Below, one piece after another: positions 48,383-58,807 of a stretch of DNA of 64,000 bases (positions are counted from its first letter, which is position 1; the number at the start of each line of letters is the position of its first letter). The notes below the pieces were generated by a model that saw nothing but the letters and a program-made list of their open reading frames with translations, had not been told where the DNA came from and made no database searches. Where the stretch lies: positions 1,152,001 to 1,216,000 of the forward strand of contig CAVSHB010000001.1 in assembly GCA_963727775.1 (NCBI GenBank), written 5' to 3'. A program made the position numbers and the translations under genes. The DNA is from an uncultured Nitrospiraceae bacterium. Lineage in GTDB: Bacteria > Nitrospirota > Thermodesulfovibrionia > Thermodesulfovibrionales > SM23-35.

Positions 48383-48787
48383 TTACAGAAGTTCAATGCC
48401 GCCTATCCTCTTAACCTTTTCATGGAGTTTCCTATCGGCAGTGATGAATCTGCATTTCAATATTTGTGCAAGTTCGATATATGATGCATCGTAGAGGGTT
48501 ATGCCATAGAGCTTTGAAAGGCGTATTGAGCTGAGGTATTCATTTTGTCCGAAATCAAAAACGTCCAAATCGAAAGCCCAAATGAGGGAAAAGGCATCGG
48601 AAGCATCTTTATAACTGAGTTTTGTTTTGGTTGAAAGGACATTTGCTATCTCATAGAAAAAAAGGTTGTGAACAGCTATCGTATCTTTGTCTGAGGCGTG
48701 GTCTTCCCTGAAAAGTTTTGCCTTTCCGCCCCTGTCTTCGTCTCCGAATATCCATTTAAGGACAACGGAGGCATCGAGGACTATCAT
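48383..48787 (-). CDS. vapC: VapC-family PIN toxin
   Basis: VLDASVVLKW...YEIAN...YDASYIELA...ITAD. Confidence 0.92.
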   Translation of the reverse strand: MIVLDASVVLKWIFGDEDRGGKAKLFREDHASDKDTIAVHNLFFYEIANVLSTKTKLSYKDASDAFSLIWAFDLDVFDFGQNEYLSSIRLSKLYGITLYDASYIELAQILKCRFITADRKLHEKVKRIGGIELL

Positions 48788-49059
48788 CTGCCCTCTCTGA
48801 TTTCCCTGACGGCTTTTACAGTATCTATCTTTGTTTCTTTAAGATGTTTCTTCTTCCATCTGTCCATGCTTGCCGCCACCTCCACGAGTTTTTTCTCTCT
48901 GTGTTTCTTCTGGATTTTTTCCTCGTATTCATCGATAGAGATTATTACGGCAAGGGGCTTATTTGCCCTTGATATGATTACTTCCTCGCCTGTCATGGAT
49001 ACATCGTCAAGAACAGAACCGAGCTTTTTCCTTAAATCGAGCGCCGTCAAAGTTTTCAT
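48784..49059 (-). CDS. Phd/YefM-family antitoxin
   Basis: LTALDLRKKLGSVLDDV...IISRANKPLAVIIS. Confidence 0.9.
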   Translation of the reverse strand: MKTLTALDLRKKLGSVLDDVSMTGEEVIISRANKPLAVIISIDEYEEKIQKKHREKKLVEVAASMDRWKKKHLKETKIDTVKAVREIREGR

Positions 49060-49224
49060 GCCGCCTCCCTTTGACTCTAATATAGACTATGATAGTAAGT
49101 ATGTCAATCGACAATTGGACACTTGAAAGAATTTACAATTTTTGCAGGAAGTCAACAGATTTTGGGGGAACTCCTGCTCGGTGAGTTGAAAAATGAAATC
49201 TTTTGCGCGTACTATTGAGATACC

Positions 49225-52200
49225 GTGGAAATACCTATTATAGAAAAAGACTCTGAGCTGAAATTCCCTCATTTTACTCTGATGAAGGCCTCCGCAGGCT
49301 CGGGCAAGACCCACATGCTCACCAAAAGGTTCGTACAGTTCATTCTCTCCGAAAAAATATCGAGAAACAACCTGCGAAATATTCTTGCCATGACCTTCTC
49401 TAACAATGCCTCCAAGGAGATGAAGGGGAGGATCCTGTACTGGCTCAAATTGCTTCATTTCGGCGACCCGGAAATGACCGAACAGATGCTTGAGGCCGTC
49501 TCGATAGACCGGGAGAAACTGGTCGAGCGGGCCGGGCAGATGGTAGAGCAGATACTCCGGGATTACGCAGATTTCGAGGTGAGGACCATAGACAGCTTCA
49601 TGACATCCATCTTCAAGACTTCCGCCATCGACTTTGGATTCAACTCAGAGTTCGATATCCTGATGAACAATGATGTGCTAATGGAATACTCTTTTGATTT
49701 GTTCTTGAGGTCCGTCCGGGAGGGCACAACAAAGGCAGAACTCCTTCTCGGTATAATCTCAGTGATCCAGGAAGGGAAACAGGGCCAGGAAGCCTATATG
49801 TGGGACCCTTCATCAGCTCTCCTCGAAGAGGTGAAAGGTCTCTACGGAAAGCTCTCGGCGACCGGCAAGAACCCTATGATAGAGGACTCCTCAGGGGCCT
49901 TTGACGATATAAAAAATGAAATAAGAACTGCCATTGAGGGTCTTGAAAAAGCGGTCCTCAAGTCAGGGCTCGCAAAACGGGCAAACTCTTCTTTCGGTAC
50001 GGTCCTCGATCTCGTGAGGGAGGGAAGGTTCGCGGACCTGATCGGCAAAGGGCTTAAGAACCCGCCTGTCAATAAGCCGGGAAAAGGGCAACCAGCCCTT
50101 CAGACCTCATTCGATCAGATTGTAGGAGAGTGGGAAAACGCCGCCGGTCTTATCAACAAATATATTGCCATCCTTGTCCGCTCCCGTTCCATGCCGTATC
50201 TCAAGGTATATGAATCATTCAGGGAAATTGTCGAATCCGTCAAAAGACGTCAGGGGAAGGTATTCATCGAAGACATCAGCAGAAATCTTGCGGAATACAT
50301 TAACGAGGAAATCGTTCCCGACATCTATTTCAGGATCGGCGAGACGATCTACCACTTTCTGATCGACGAATTCCAGGACACTTCCCTCATTCAATGGGAC
50401 AACCTTTTCCCGCTTTTCGAGAACGCTCTGTCTCAGTATGGAAGCCTTTTCGTTGTAGGCGATACCAAACAGGCGATCTACGGCTTCCGCAACGCCGACT
50501 ATACGATAATGAGAAAGTTCGAACGCATCAACCCTTTTCCTTCCGCTACGCATAACGTAAAGGAGCTTACGACAAATTACAGAAGTCTCAGTAAGATCCT
50601 TGACTTCAATGAGAAGGTATTCAAGGAGATCGTGGCGGGAAAGGACAAATACAGGGAGGCCGGGACCAGAAGCGGGTTGACCGACTACGTCCAATGCGCC
50701 AGAGACGGCTTCTCCCAGGGATACTGCGAGGTGGTGCTGGAGGAGAGGGATGACGAAACTTTGCCGGAGCGGCGCGTCATACAGGACCTCGTCGCAGAAC
50801 TCAGATCGCGCGGGTTCAGCTATGGCGACATAGCCATACTCACGAGGAGAAATGAAGATGTCGTAAAGACCACCCTTTGGCTGAACGAGAAGAACATCGA
50901 CTTTGTTTCTTACAGCAACCTCGACATACGGAGAAGGAGGATAACCGGCGAGATAGTCGCGCTTCTGAACTTCCTTGATTCGCCAATGGATGACCTGTCT
51001 TTTTCTACCTTCATAAACGGAGAGATCTTCGGCGCCTTACTGCGTGCGGAACATCCTGAGATCACTCCGGAGAGACTCGGGGAGTTTCTTTTTGGATATA
51101 GAAAGAGCCCTCCGCTCTACAAGTCATTCCAGAAAGAGTTCTCAATTTTATGGAATGAATACTTCGCCGGTCTTTTCAAGGCCTCAGGGTATTTTCCGCT
51201 CTACGACCTTGTGACAGAGGCTTACGCTGTCTTCAGGGTATTTGAGACACTGGGGGATGAGGAGGCGGCGCTTGTGAAGATACTGGAAGCAGTCAAGGAG
51301 TTCGAGGGGGCTGGATACAACAGCCTCAGGGACTTCCTTGACTTCGCAGGCGACAGCGACAGCGGCGAGTCAGAGTGGAATATAGATGTCCCCAAGGCCA
51401 TGGACGCTGTTAAGGTGATGACGATCCATAAGGCAAAGGGCCTCGGATTCCCCGTTGTCATCGTCCTTCTCTATGAAGGCCGAAACAGGGGGTTTGACTA
51501 CATCATAGAGGAGGAAGAAGATGGGGTGCGACTGCTTAAGATCAACAGGAAAACCATGGTCAGCGATCCCACTTTCGAGAGGTTATATGAAGAGGAAGCG
51601 ACAAAAGAGAATGTGAACAGGCTTAACAGCCTTTACGTAGGATTTACGCGGGCAAAAGAAGAGCTTTACGTCATAGGCGTGAAGGGTAGAAGCGAGACAT
51701 TTCCATTCGATCTCCTTCCTGCAAGCGACTTTGCATCTACGGTAAAACCTGATAGATGTGACATCCCCCCAGCAAAATCTTCCGGGGTCTTCAGTGTGAG
51801 ACATCACCCTAAACAGATAGAAGCAGAGGTCAGAACGGATGAGATGATAAGCTTCGATGAGAGAGCGAGGGGAGAATTTATCCACAGGGTCCTTTATCAC
51901 GTCGAATATCTGCACGATGACATGGACAAAGTGCTTGAGGACATCATCAGAAAAGTCAATATCGAAACAGCATCAGAGTCAGCAGCGGAGGAAGTAAAAG
52001 ATCTTCTTCTTCGGCTTTTCGGGCGCAAGGAGATATCGACCTACTTCGAACCCCATGCCGGGAGAGAGGTGAAAAGGGAGCAGGAATTCTCTGATGAGGA
52101 AGGACGTCTTTTCAGGATGGATAGAGTCGTGATCGACCCGGATAAGGTCACGATCCTGGATTTCAAGACCGGGGGAGAAGGCTGGACCGATGATAAATAC

Positions 52201-52308
52201 AGGGCGCAAATGAGAAAATATATGAAGATCGCGAAGGACATTTATCCTGGTAGACGCCTGGAAGGCAGGCTCGTTTATATTGACCTCGGAGAGATCAGGG
52301 CATTATGA
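49225..52308 (+). CDS. addA: AddA-like helicase-nuclease
   Basis: ASAGSGKT, DEFQDT, GDTKQAIYGFR, TIHKAKGL; C-terminal RecB-type nuclease (DRV..ILDFKTG..Q...Y). Confidence 0.9.
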   Translation: MEIPIIEKDSELKFPHFTLMKASAGSGKTHMLTKRFVQFILSEKISRNNLRNILAMTFSNNASKEMKGRILYWLKLLHFGDPEMTEQMLEAVSIDREKLVERAGQMVEQILRDYADFEVRTIDSFMTSIFKTSAIDFGFNSEFDILMNNDVLMEYSFDLFLRSVREGTTKAELLLGIISVIQEGKQGQEAYMWDPSSALLEEVKGLYGKLSATGKNPMIEDSSGAFDDIKNEIRTAIEGLEKAVLKSGLAKRANSSFGTVLDLVREGRFADLIGKGLKNPPVNKPGKGQPALQTSFDQIVGEWENAAGLINKYIAILVRSRSMPYLKVYESFREIVESVKRRQGKVFIEDISRNLAEYINEEIVPDIYFRIGETIYHFLIDEFQDTSLIQWDNLFPLFENALSQYGSLFVVGDTKQAIYGFRNADYTIMRKFERINPFPSATHNVKELTTNYRSLSKILDFNEKVFKEIVAGKDKYREAGTRSGLTDYVQCARDGFSQGYCEVVLEERDDETLPERRVIQDLVAELRSRGFSYGDIAILTRRNEDVVKTTLWLNEKNIDFVSYSNLDIRRRRITGEIVALLNFLDSPMDDLSFSTFINGEIFGALLRAEHPEITPERLGEFLFGYRKSPPLYKSFQKEFSILWNEYFAGLFKASGYFPLYDLVTEAYAVFRVFETLGDEEAALVKILEAVKEFEGAGYNSLRDFLDFAGDSDSGESEWNIDVPKAMDAVKVMTIHKAKGLGFPVVIVLLYEGRNRGFDYIIEEEEDGVRLLKINRKTMVSDPTFERLYEEEATKENVNRLNSLYVGFTRAKEELYVIGVKGRSETFPFDLLPASDFASTVKPDRCDIPPAKSSGVFSVRHHPKQIEAEVRTDEMISFDERARGEFIHRVLYHVEYLHDDMDKVLEDIIRKVNIETASESAAEEVKDLLLRLFGRKEISTYFEPHAGREVKREQEFSDEEGRLFRMDRVVIDPDKVTILDFKTGGEGWTDDKYRAQMRKYMKIAKDIYPGRRLEGRLVYIDLGEIRAL

Positions 52309-55136
52309 ACAGTGCGCTGGTCATAGGCCAACAGGAAAACCTCATCGAGAGGACAGCAGGCCTTTTAAGCCCCCCCAGGAAAGACTACTCTCACAATCTT
52401 GTCGTGTTTCCAGGCAGAAGACCGGCACATTTCCTTCGAAGGGAGTTAGCACACAAAGGAACGGGCAGCTTCATACCTCCATTAATTCTGTCCATGGACG
52501 GATTTATGGATTACGTTACCGAAGCTGTACACCCAGTGAGAAATGTGGAAATAGTTGATGCCATTGCGATCCTATACAAGATCCATAGGAGCGCCCCGGA
52601 GCCCCTCGGTGGAGAAAGCTTCCTTACCCTCGATAGTTTCTTTTCTCTAGGAATAAAGCTTTTCACGGACATTGAGGAGCTCTATATTGAGGGAGTTCCT
52701 CCTGCCATGGTAAAGGAAATCCAGCCCTTCACTGATGAAATGATACCCAAACATGCGCTGGCGAGGCTTCAATCACTGCATTTCTTTTACAAGACCTTTT
52801 ACGAGAAGATTTCCCGATTGGGTATGGCGACAAGGTCCATGAAGTACCGCATGGCAGCGGAGAAGATATTGGAAAGCGGCATTGACAGGTTTGAAAAGGT
52901 GATATTCGCCGGATTCTATGCATTGACTAAGTGCGAGAAGGACCTTTTCAGGAAGCTGCTGCCGAGCGAAAAGGCAATCTTCATATTCCAGGATGGCCCG
53001 GGTCTCGGAGAGCGATTGTCGGAACTGGGGATAGATACCGGGGATAACCAACCCTCTCGACTTGAACCGAAAATCCATTTTTACAGCAGCCACGATACCC
53101 ATGGCCAGGTCTTCGCCCTTGGAAGTATTCTCAGGGAAAACTCTGAGCAAGGATTGCCCAACGAAAAAACTACAATAGTATTGCCCTCTTCAGAGACCCT
53201 TTTTCCACTTCTCCGTCAGGGGATGACATGCATAGATAAGGACGACTTCAACATTTCTCTTGGATATCCGTTGCACAGGACGCCTGTCTTCGGCTTTCTT
53301 AATAATCTTATGGAATTGATCGGTTCCATGGAAGATGAACGTATTTACGTCCCTGACTATATGAAGTTCGTGTTGCACCCCTACGTAAAGAATATTTACT
53401 GCAAGGGAAACGCCGAGATCACGAGGATTATGTTTCACACCATAGAGGAGACACTCCAATATTCCAGGACCAGGATGTTCGCAACCCTATCGGAGATAGA
53501 AAACAACGAAAAGATATTCAACGGCATCGCTGAAAAGCTTCGCCAGGAAAAAGAAGGCATGACCGTGGCGGAGATCAGGGAACACTTAAGGATGGTCCAT
53601 CTCAATACAATTGAGAAATTTCTATCCTTCAGGGATATCGGTGACTTTGCCGCAAAATGCACCGAACTTCTCACATTCGTCTTTAATAACAGTACGGCCA
53701 GACTTCATCCGCTCTTCTCCCCTTTTTCAGAGTCTTTCATCAAAGCCTTGGACACTGTCTCCAAATCCCTAATGAAGGACATGTCTTTTATGGACAGGAC
53801 GAGCTATTTCACATTTTTCAGAAAATACATTATGACGGGCCACGTGCCTTTTCCCGGTACTCCGCTTAAGGGTATCCAGGTCCTCGGTTTCCTTGAGACG
53901 AGAAACATCAGGTTTGAGACTGTTTTTATTCTCGATGCGAATGAAGAGGTGATCCCTGACACCTCCAAAGAAGATACGCTTCTGCCTTTCAAGGCACGAG
54001 AAATCCTGAAGCTGCCGACCTATTTGGACAGGGATAAGCTATCGGCCTACTATTTCGACAATCTAATCAAAGGCGCCAGGGAAGTCCACATTTTCTTTGT
54101 AGAAAATGATACCAGGGAGAGATCACGCTTCGTGGAAAGTCTCCTGTGGGAAAGACAGAAAAGAGACAGATCTATTAAGACAAGTGACTATGTGCTGGCT
54201 GTCCAGTACAAGGTAAAGCTCGGGAACGATATCCCCGGCGGCATTCCCAAAACCGACAGGGTAGTCAGCTTCTTAAAAGATTTCACATATAGTGCCACAG
54301 CCCTTGACAAATATCTGAATTGCCCATTGCAGTTCTACTACAGCTACGTACTTGATCTCGGTAAAAAGGAGGAGATCACGGGGGAAATCGAAAGAGCCGA
54401 TGTCGGCAAATTTGTTCACCGCGTACTTTCAGCATATTTCTCAAGGAGGCTGAATAGAGTTCTAACAAAAGCGGATATCGATTTGGAGGAGATGGACGAT
54501 TTGATCGACGATCTTTTCGGTAGAGAATACGGTGCTAACCCTACTGGGGCCGTGTACCTTCTGAAGGCCCAGATCAAAGAACATCTAAAAGACTATCTCA
54601 GCAGGTACTGCATACCTTTGATCAAAGAGAAGAAAGTGATGATTATAGGAGTGGAAGAGTCTATCGAAGCGACCCTAAACTCCCACAAGATCAAAGGTCG
54701 GCTGGATACAGTCGAAAAAAGGGATGGTAATATCTGCATCGTTGATTATAAAAGCGGTCTCTCTACAAAGAACCTAAAGATCAACTTCAGCAAGTTTGAT
54801 CCTGACAGCAGGGCTTCCTGGGATGAAGCGATCGGAAGCCTCCAGCTTCCTTTTTATCTCATTCTGTACTCTGAGCGCCACGGTATAAAAATAGAAGATC
54901 TGAGAGGAATGTTTTTGCTGCTTGGTCGGTTCTCGATAAACAAAGAGATTGAACTTCCTTTGTTCGATACAGCTGATGAGGGCGCAAAGTTCGACGGATT
55001 AAAAACTGCGATTCTGGGTCTTCTCGAAGAGATAGTTGATCCGGGTGTTCCATTTGGAGCGGCATCGAACAGAAAGAACAGTTGTCCGAAGTGCGACTTC
55101 CGGTACATTTGCGGAACACAATGGGTAACCGGGTAG
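52305..55136 (+). CDS. addB: AddB-like PD-(D/E)XK nuclease with Fe-S staple
   Basis: SATALDKYLNCP, GRLD...VDYKSG, C-terminal CPKCDFRYIC. Confidence 0.88.
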   Translation: MNSALVIGQQENLIERTAGLLSPPRKDYSHNLVVFPGRRPAHFLRRELAHKGTGSFIPPLILSMDGFMDYVTEAVHPVRNVEIVDAIAILYKIHRSAPEPLGGESFLTLDSFFSLGIKLFTDIEELYIEGVPPAMVKEIQPFTDEMIPKHALARLQSLHFFYKTFYEKISRLGMATRSMKYRMAAEKILESGIDRFEKVIFAGFYALTKCEKDLFRKLLPSEKAIFIFQDGPGLGERLSELGIDTGDNQPSRLEPKIHFYSSHDTHGQVFALGSILRENSEQGLPNEKTTIVLPSSETLFPLLRQGMTCIDKDDFNISLGYPLHRTPVFGFLNNLMELIGSMEDERIYVPDYMKFVLHPYVKNIYCKGNAEITRIMFHTIEETLQYSRTRMFATLSEIENNEKIFNGIAEKLRQEKEGMTVAEIREHLRMVHLNTIEKFLSFRDIGDFAAKCTELLTFVFNNSTARLHPLFSPFSESFIKALDTVSKSLMKDMSFMDRTSYFTFFRKYIMTGHVPFPGTPLKGIQVLGFLETRNIRFETVFILDANEEVIPDTSKEDTLLPFKAREILKLPTYLDRDKLSAYYFDNLIKGAREVHIFFVENDTRERSRFVESLLWERQKRDRSIKTSDYVLAVQYKVKLGNDIPGGIPKTDRVVSFLKDFTYSATALDKYLNCPLQFYYSYVLDLGKKEEITGEIERADVGKFVHRVLSAYFSRRLNRVLTKADIDLEEMDDLIDDLFGREYGANPTGAVYLLKAQIKEHLKDYLSRYCIPLIKEKKVMIIGVEESIEATLNSHKIKGRLDTVEKRDGNICIVDYKSGLSTKNLKINFSKFDPDSRASWDEAIGSLQLPFYLILYSERHGIKIEDLRGMFLLLGRFSINKEIELPLFDTADEGAKFDGLKTAILGLLEEIVDPGVPFGAASNRKNSCPKCDFRYICGTQWVTG

Positions 55137-55251
55137 ATTTCAGCGCAGGCATTTCCTCTTAAACTCTATTTATACTTGCGATTTTAATGCGATTAATATT
55201 TAATAATACTGGTGTCGGGATTTAACATTTAAATAAATCAGGAGAAAACGA

Positions 55252-55773
55252 ATGATTGTCGGAAAACCTCTTTTTACTACCCGCCAGATTCAGTCAAAAG
55301 TCAAAGAACTTGCCGGCAGGATATCTGAAGATTATGCGGGGAAGGAGATCCTTGCTGTCGGCATTCTTAAAGGCGCATGCATGTTTTTCTCTGATATTGT
55401 CAGGTCTGTTGAGGTGCCTTTAACGATCGATTTTATTATAGCCTCAAGCTATCTAAAAGCGGAATCCTCCGGTGAGGTCAAAGTTTACTATGACATAAGG
55501 GGAGACATATCAGACAAGCATGTACTTTTAATTGAAGATATCGTGGATACCGGAATTACCCTTAACCATATAAGAGAGAGGATTTTGGAGAGATGTCCGA
55601 AAAGTCTCAAAATATGCGCATTTCTGGACAAGAAAGAAAGGCGCGAGGTAGAAGTCCCTCTGGACTATATAGGTTTTGAGATACCCGACAAGTTTGTTGT
55701 CGGCTATGGCCTCGACTATGACGATAAATTCAGGAATCTGCCGTATATATCAACATTTAAGAAGAAGACCTGA
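55252..55773 (+). CDS. hpt: Hypoxanthine phosphoribosyltransferase
   Basis: ILKGA, LIEDIVDTGITL, FVVGYGLDY. Confidence 0.96.
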   Translation: MIVGKPLFTTRQIQSKVKELAGRISEDYAGKEILAVGILKGACMFFSDIVRSVEVPLTIDFIIASSYLKAESSGEVKVYYDIRGDISDKHVLLIEDIVDTGITLNHIRERILERCPKSLKICAFLDKKERREVEVPLDYIGFEIPDKFVVGYGLDYDDKFRNLPYISTFKKKT

Positions 55774-55781
55774 GGGCAAGA

Positions 55782-56153
55782 ATGTTTGAGTTGACGATAG
55801 AGACGCATTTTTCCTCAGCTCACCAGTTAAGAGGGTATGAGGGGGATTGTGAAAGACTGCATGGGCATAACTGGAAGGTGCAGGTCTACGTCCTTGCTGA
55901 AAAACTGAATGAAATCGATATAGCAATAGATTTTCATGAGCTCAAGAAGCTGACTGAAGATGTCATAGCGCCTCTTGACCATGGCTTTCTCAATGATATT
56001 TTCCCTTTTACCGAGAAAAACCCGTCTTCGGAAAATATAGCGAAATGGATTTATGACTCTCTGAAGAAAAGGTTAAATAACGGCAACGTTAGTCTTTCGG
56101 CTGTGACCGTATGGGAGTCGGAAACTGCTTCTGCAACATATTTTGAAGAATAG
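55782..56153 (+). CDS. queD: 6-carboxytetrahydropterin synthase
   Basis: FSSAHQL...CERLHGHN...LDH...PSSENIA...VWES. Confidence 0.95.
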   Translation: MFELTIETHFSSAHQLRGYEGDCERLHGHNWKVQVYVLAEKLNEIDIAIDFHELKKLTEDVIAPLDHGFLNDIFPFTEKNPSSENIAKWIYDSLKKRLNNGNVSLSAVTVWESETASATYFEE

Positions 56154-56246
56154 GTGTATTGAAAAATCAAATCATAATAGAGTGTAATAGATATATTAGA
56201 GAATAATTAAAAGACCGGAGACTTTTCAGGACAAAAATAATAATTA

Positions 56247-56870
56247 ATGACGATACGGATCGCGATAGGTTGTCACAGCTACCTTCTGGGTGAAGGGTTA
56301 AAGCAGCTTTTCAAAGAAGAAGAGGAAATAGATGTTGTCAGCATCTTCGATGAAGGGATCGATATAAAAGAAATACTTAAACTTTCCCCTGATATAATTC
56401 TTGCTGACTTCAAGATATTTCGCGCCCTACCTGAAGACTTTACGGATGACGGAAAAGCAAAATTTATTCTCATCAGTGACAGGTCCTGGCTGTCTGAGGC
56501 TGAAAGACAGATGCCGGATTTACTTTTGAGAGGGGTATGCGGCATTCTTACACCGGATTCCGATTCCAATACATTAAAAAAAGCTGTAAGAACTGTTTAT
56601 TCAGGAGAATTATGGATAGACAGCAAGATAATTAAACAGGTCCTTTACACCATGAGCCATCATGAAAAAAAGGTGGACCTTACCAAAAAGGAAAAAGAGA
56701 TCGTATCCCTGATTTGTCACGGTTACAGGAATAAGGAGATAGCCCAAAAACTTGACATCAGCGAACAGACCGTAAAGTCCCACTGCAACCGGATTTTTAA
56801 AAAGGTTGGAGTTACGGACAGACTTCAGCTGGCGTTGCACAGCCATAAGATTTGGCCCAGCCACATCTAA
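56247..56870 (+). CDS. NarL/LuxR-family response regulator
   Basis: REC-like N-terminus plus LTKKEKEIV...NKEIAQKLDISEQTVKSH. Confidence 0.92.
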   Translation: MTIRIAIGCHSYLLGEGLKQLFKEEEEIDVVSIFDEGIDIKEILKLSPDIILADFKIFRALPEDFTDDGKAKFILISDRSWLSEAERQMPDLLLRGVCGILTPDSDSNTLKKAVRTVYSGELWIDSKIIKQVLYTMSHHEKKVDLTKKEKEIVSLICHGYRNKEIAQKLDISEQTVKSHCNRIFKKVGVTDRLQLALHSHKIWPSHI

Positions 56871-57017
56871 TCTTAAAACAAAAGTATTAGTCTTATCTAA
56901 AACCATTTGCCATCAAAATAAACCTTTCGGGTAATTGTAAAAGGAAAATAATTTTAGTATGAATAGAGTAAGTTAACATCAGCATAGACGTCTAATTGAT
57001 CTTCTGCAGGAGGCGGC

Positions 57018-57413
57018 TTGATTCTAAGACTTGTTTGTCCGGAGTGTAAAAAGGATTCATACAGCGCCTCTGTAGAGTCATTCAAGCCATGTCCTTACTG
57101 TGGAATTCTGTTCAGCGGTAAGTACGGTGCTGAAAGACGGGATTTAAATCGTGACCCTAAAGAGATTCCTGTTACGTTTTCTTATAATGGACAAAGCCTC
57201 CAGGCAAGTACCTTGAACTTTTCTGAAAATGGTTTAAGCTTAAAGATATTCGGGAATACCTATCTGCCGGTACTGCCGGTAGGAGACATAATGGAGCTCA
57301 ATATCGGAAATTCACTCGTAAAGGCCCAGATTGTATGGGTCTTTAACAATCCTGAATCGACTACCGCCATAACCGGACTTAAGATTCTGGATGGAAATTT
57401 TAAGCTTCCGTAG
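57018..57413 (+). CDS. Zn-ribbon plus PilZ-like protein
   Basis: CPEC...CPYC, then ERRDLNR and NFSENG. Confidence 0.75.
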   Translation: MILRLVCPECKKDSYSASVESFKPCPYCGILFSGKYGAERRDLNRDPKEIPVTFSYNGQSLQASTLNFSENGLSLKIFGNTYLPVLPVGDIMELNIGNSLVKAQIVWVFNNPESTTAITGLKILDGNFKLP

Positions 57414-57578
57414 CGCAAGGATCTATGCGGGCCGCGCATAACCGTTTGAAATCTTCGCGGTAATATCTGATTATTAAGCATTTCTGTTCCAAAACACATT
57501 TATTTTTGTTATCATTAATATTCTACTTGGAATTGTAATAAACGGGAAGTTTCAACCTAAAGTGACGGAGGATGAATA

Positions 57579-58733
57579 ATGGACTACTTTTTGAATGAAG
57601 ATCAGATGATGATAAAATCTCTCGCCAGGCAGATAGCGGAGGAGAAGATTGTTCCTGTAAGGGAAGAGCTTGATGAAAAAGAAGAATTCCCATGGGAGAT
57701 CATGAAGGTGATGGCGCAGTCGGATCTTTTCGGTCTTTTTATCCCTGAAGAATTCGGTGGACTGGGAAAAGGATCTTTCGAATTGTGCATAGCGGTTGAA
57801 GAGCTGTCAAGGGCATGTCTTGGCGTGTCGACATCGTTCGCCGCAAACGCACTCGGCACATATCCCATGTTATTGTTCGGCTCGGAAGAACAGAAGAAGA
57901 AATATCTGCCTGATATCGCAGGCGGGAAAAGACTTGTAGCTTTTGCCATTACAGAGGCAAATGCAGGCAGCGATGCCGCGGGGATCCAGACAACAGCTAA
58001 ACTGGATGGAGACGAATATGTGTTAAACGGCACAAAGCAGTGGATTACCAACGGGGGCGAGGCCGAAATTTATACAATCATCGCCATAACAGACAGGACA
58101 AAAGGCCCAAGGGGGGCCTCGGCCTTTGTTGTTGAAAAGGGCACTCCCGGCTTTGATTTCGGGAAAAAAGAAAAAAAGATGGGGATAAGGGCATCTTCCA
58201 CAAGGGAGCTTATTTTCGATAATTGCAGAATTCCTAAAGACAATTTAATCGGCAAGGAAGGTATAGGTTTCATTGTGGCCATGAAGACACTGGATCACGC
58301 CAGAGCGGGAGTCGGGTCCCAGGGTGTCGGAATAGCCCAGGGCGCTTTTGAAGAAGCTGTGAAGTTCGCGAGGCAGCGTGTTCAATTCGGACATCCTATC
58401 ATAAGTTTTCAGGCTATTCAGCATATGCTTGCCGACATGGCGACCGAGATAGAGGCGGCCAGAGCGCTGGTCTATTCTGTTGCTAAATATATCGACAGTG
58501 GAGCAAAAGAGGTAACGAAAGAATCTGCAATGGCAAAGGTCTTTGCTACGGATATGGCCATGAGGGTGACCACGAACGCTGTTCAGGTTATGGGCGGGTC
58601 CGGATATATGAGGGAATACCCTGTTGAAAAGATGATGCGGGATGCAAAGATTCTCCAGATTTATGAAGGCACAAATCAGATACAAAGGAATGTCATCGGA
58701 CAGGCCTTGGTTAAAGAAGCTGCAAAAAAATAA
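57579..58733 (+). CDS. Acyl-CoA (butyryl-CoA-type) dehydrogenase
   Basis: FAITEANAGSDA, NGTKQWITNG, KMGIRAS, IYEGTNQIQR. Confidence 0.95.
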   Translation: MDYFLNEDQMMIKSLARQIAEEKIVPVREELDEKEEFPWEIMKVMAQSDLFGLFIPEEFGGLGKGSFELCIAVEELSRACLGVSTSFAANALGTYPMLLFGSEEQKKKYLPDIAGGKRLVAFAITEANAGSDAAGIQTTAKLDGDEYVLNGTKQWITNGGEAEIYTIIAITDRTKGPRGASAFVVEKGTPGFDFGKKEKKMGIRASSTRELIFDNCRIPKDNLIGKEGIGFIVAMKTLDHARAGVGSQGVGIAQGAFEEAVKFARQRVQFGHPIISFQAIQHMLADMATEIEAARALVYSVAKYIDSGAKEVTKESAMAKVFATDMAMRVTTNAVQVMGGSGYMREYPVEKMMRDAKILQIYEGTNQIQRNVIGQALVKEAAKK

Positions 58734-58736
58734 ATA

Positions 58737-58780
58737 AAAAAGCCCGGGCATGCCTTTATACATTACAGCCGGGGCTTTTT
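58737..58780. terminator. Bidirectional intrinsic terminator
   Basis: AAAAAGCCC...GGGCTTTTT inverted repeat between convergent genes. Confidence 0.65.
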
Positions 58781-58807
58781 ATATTTTTTAAGAAACGCTA
58801 TCCGGTA

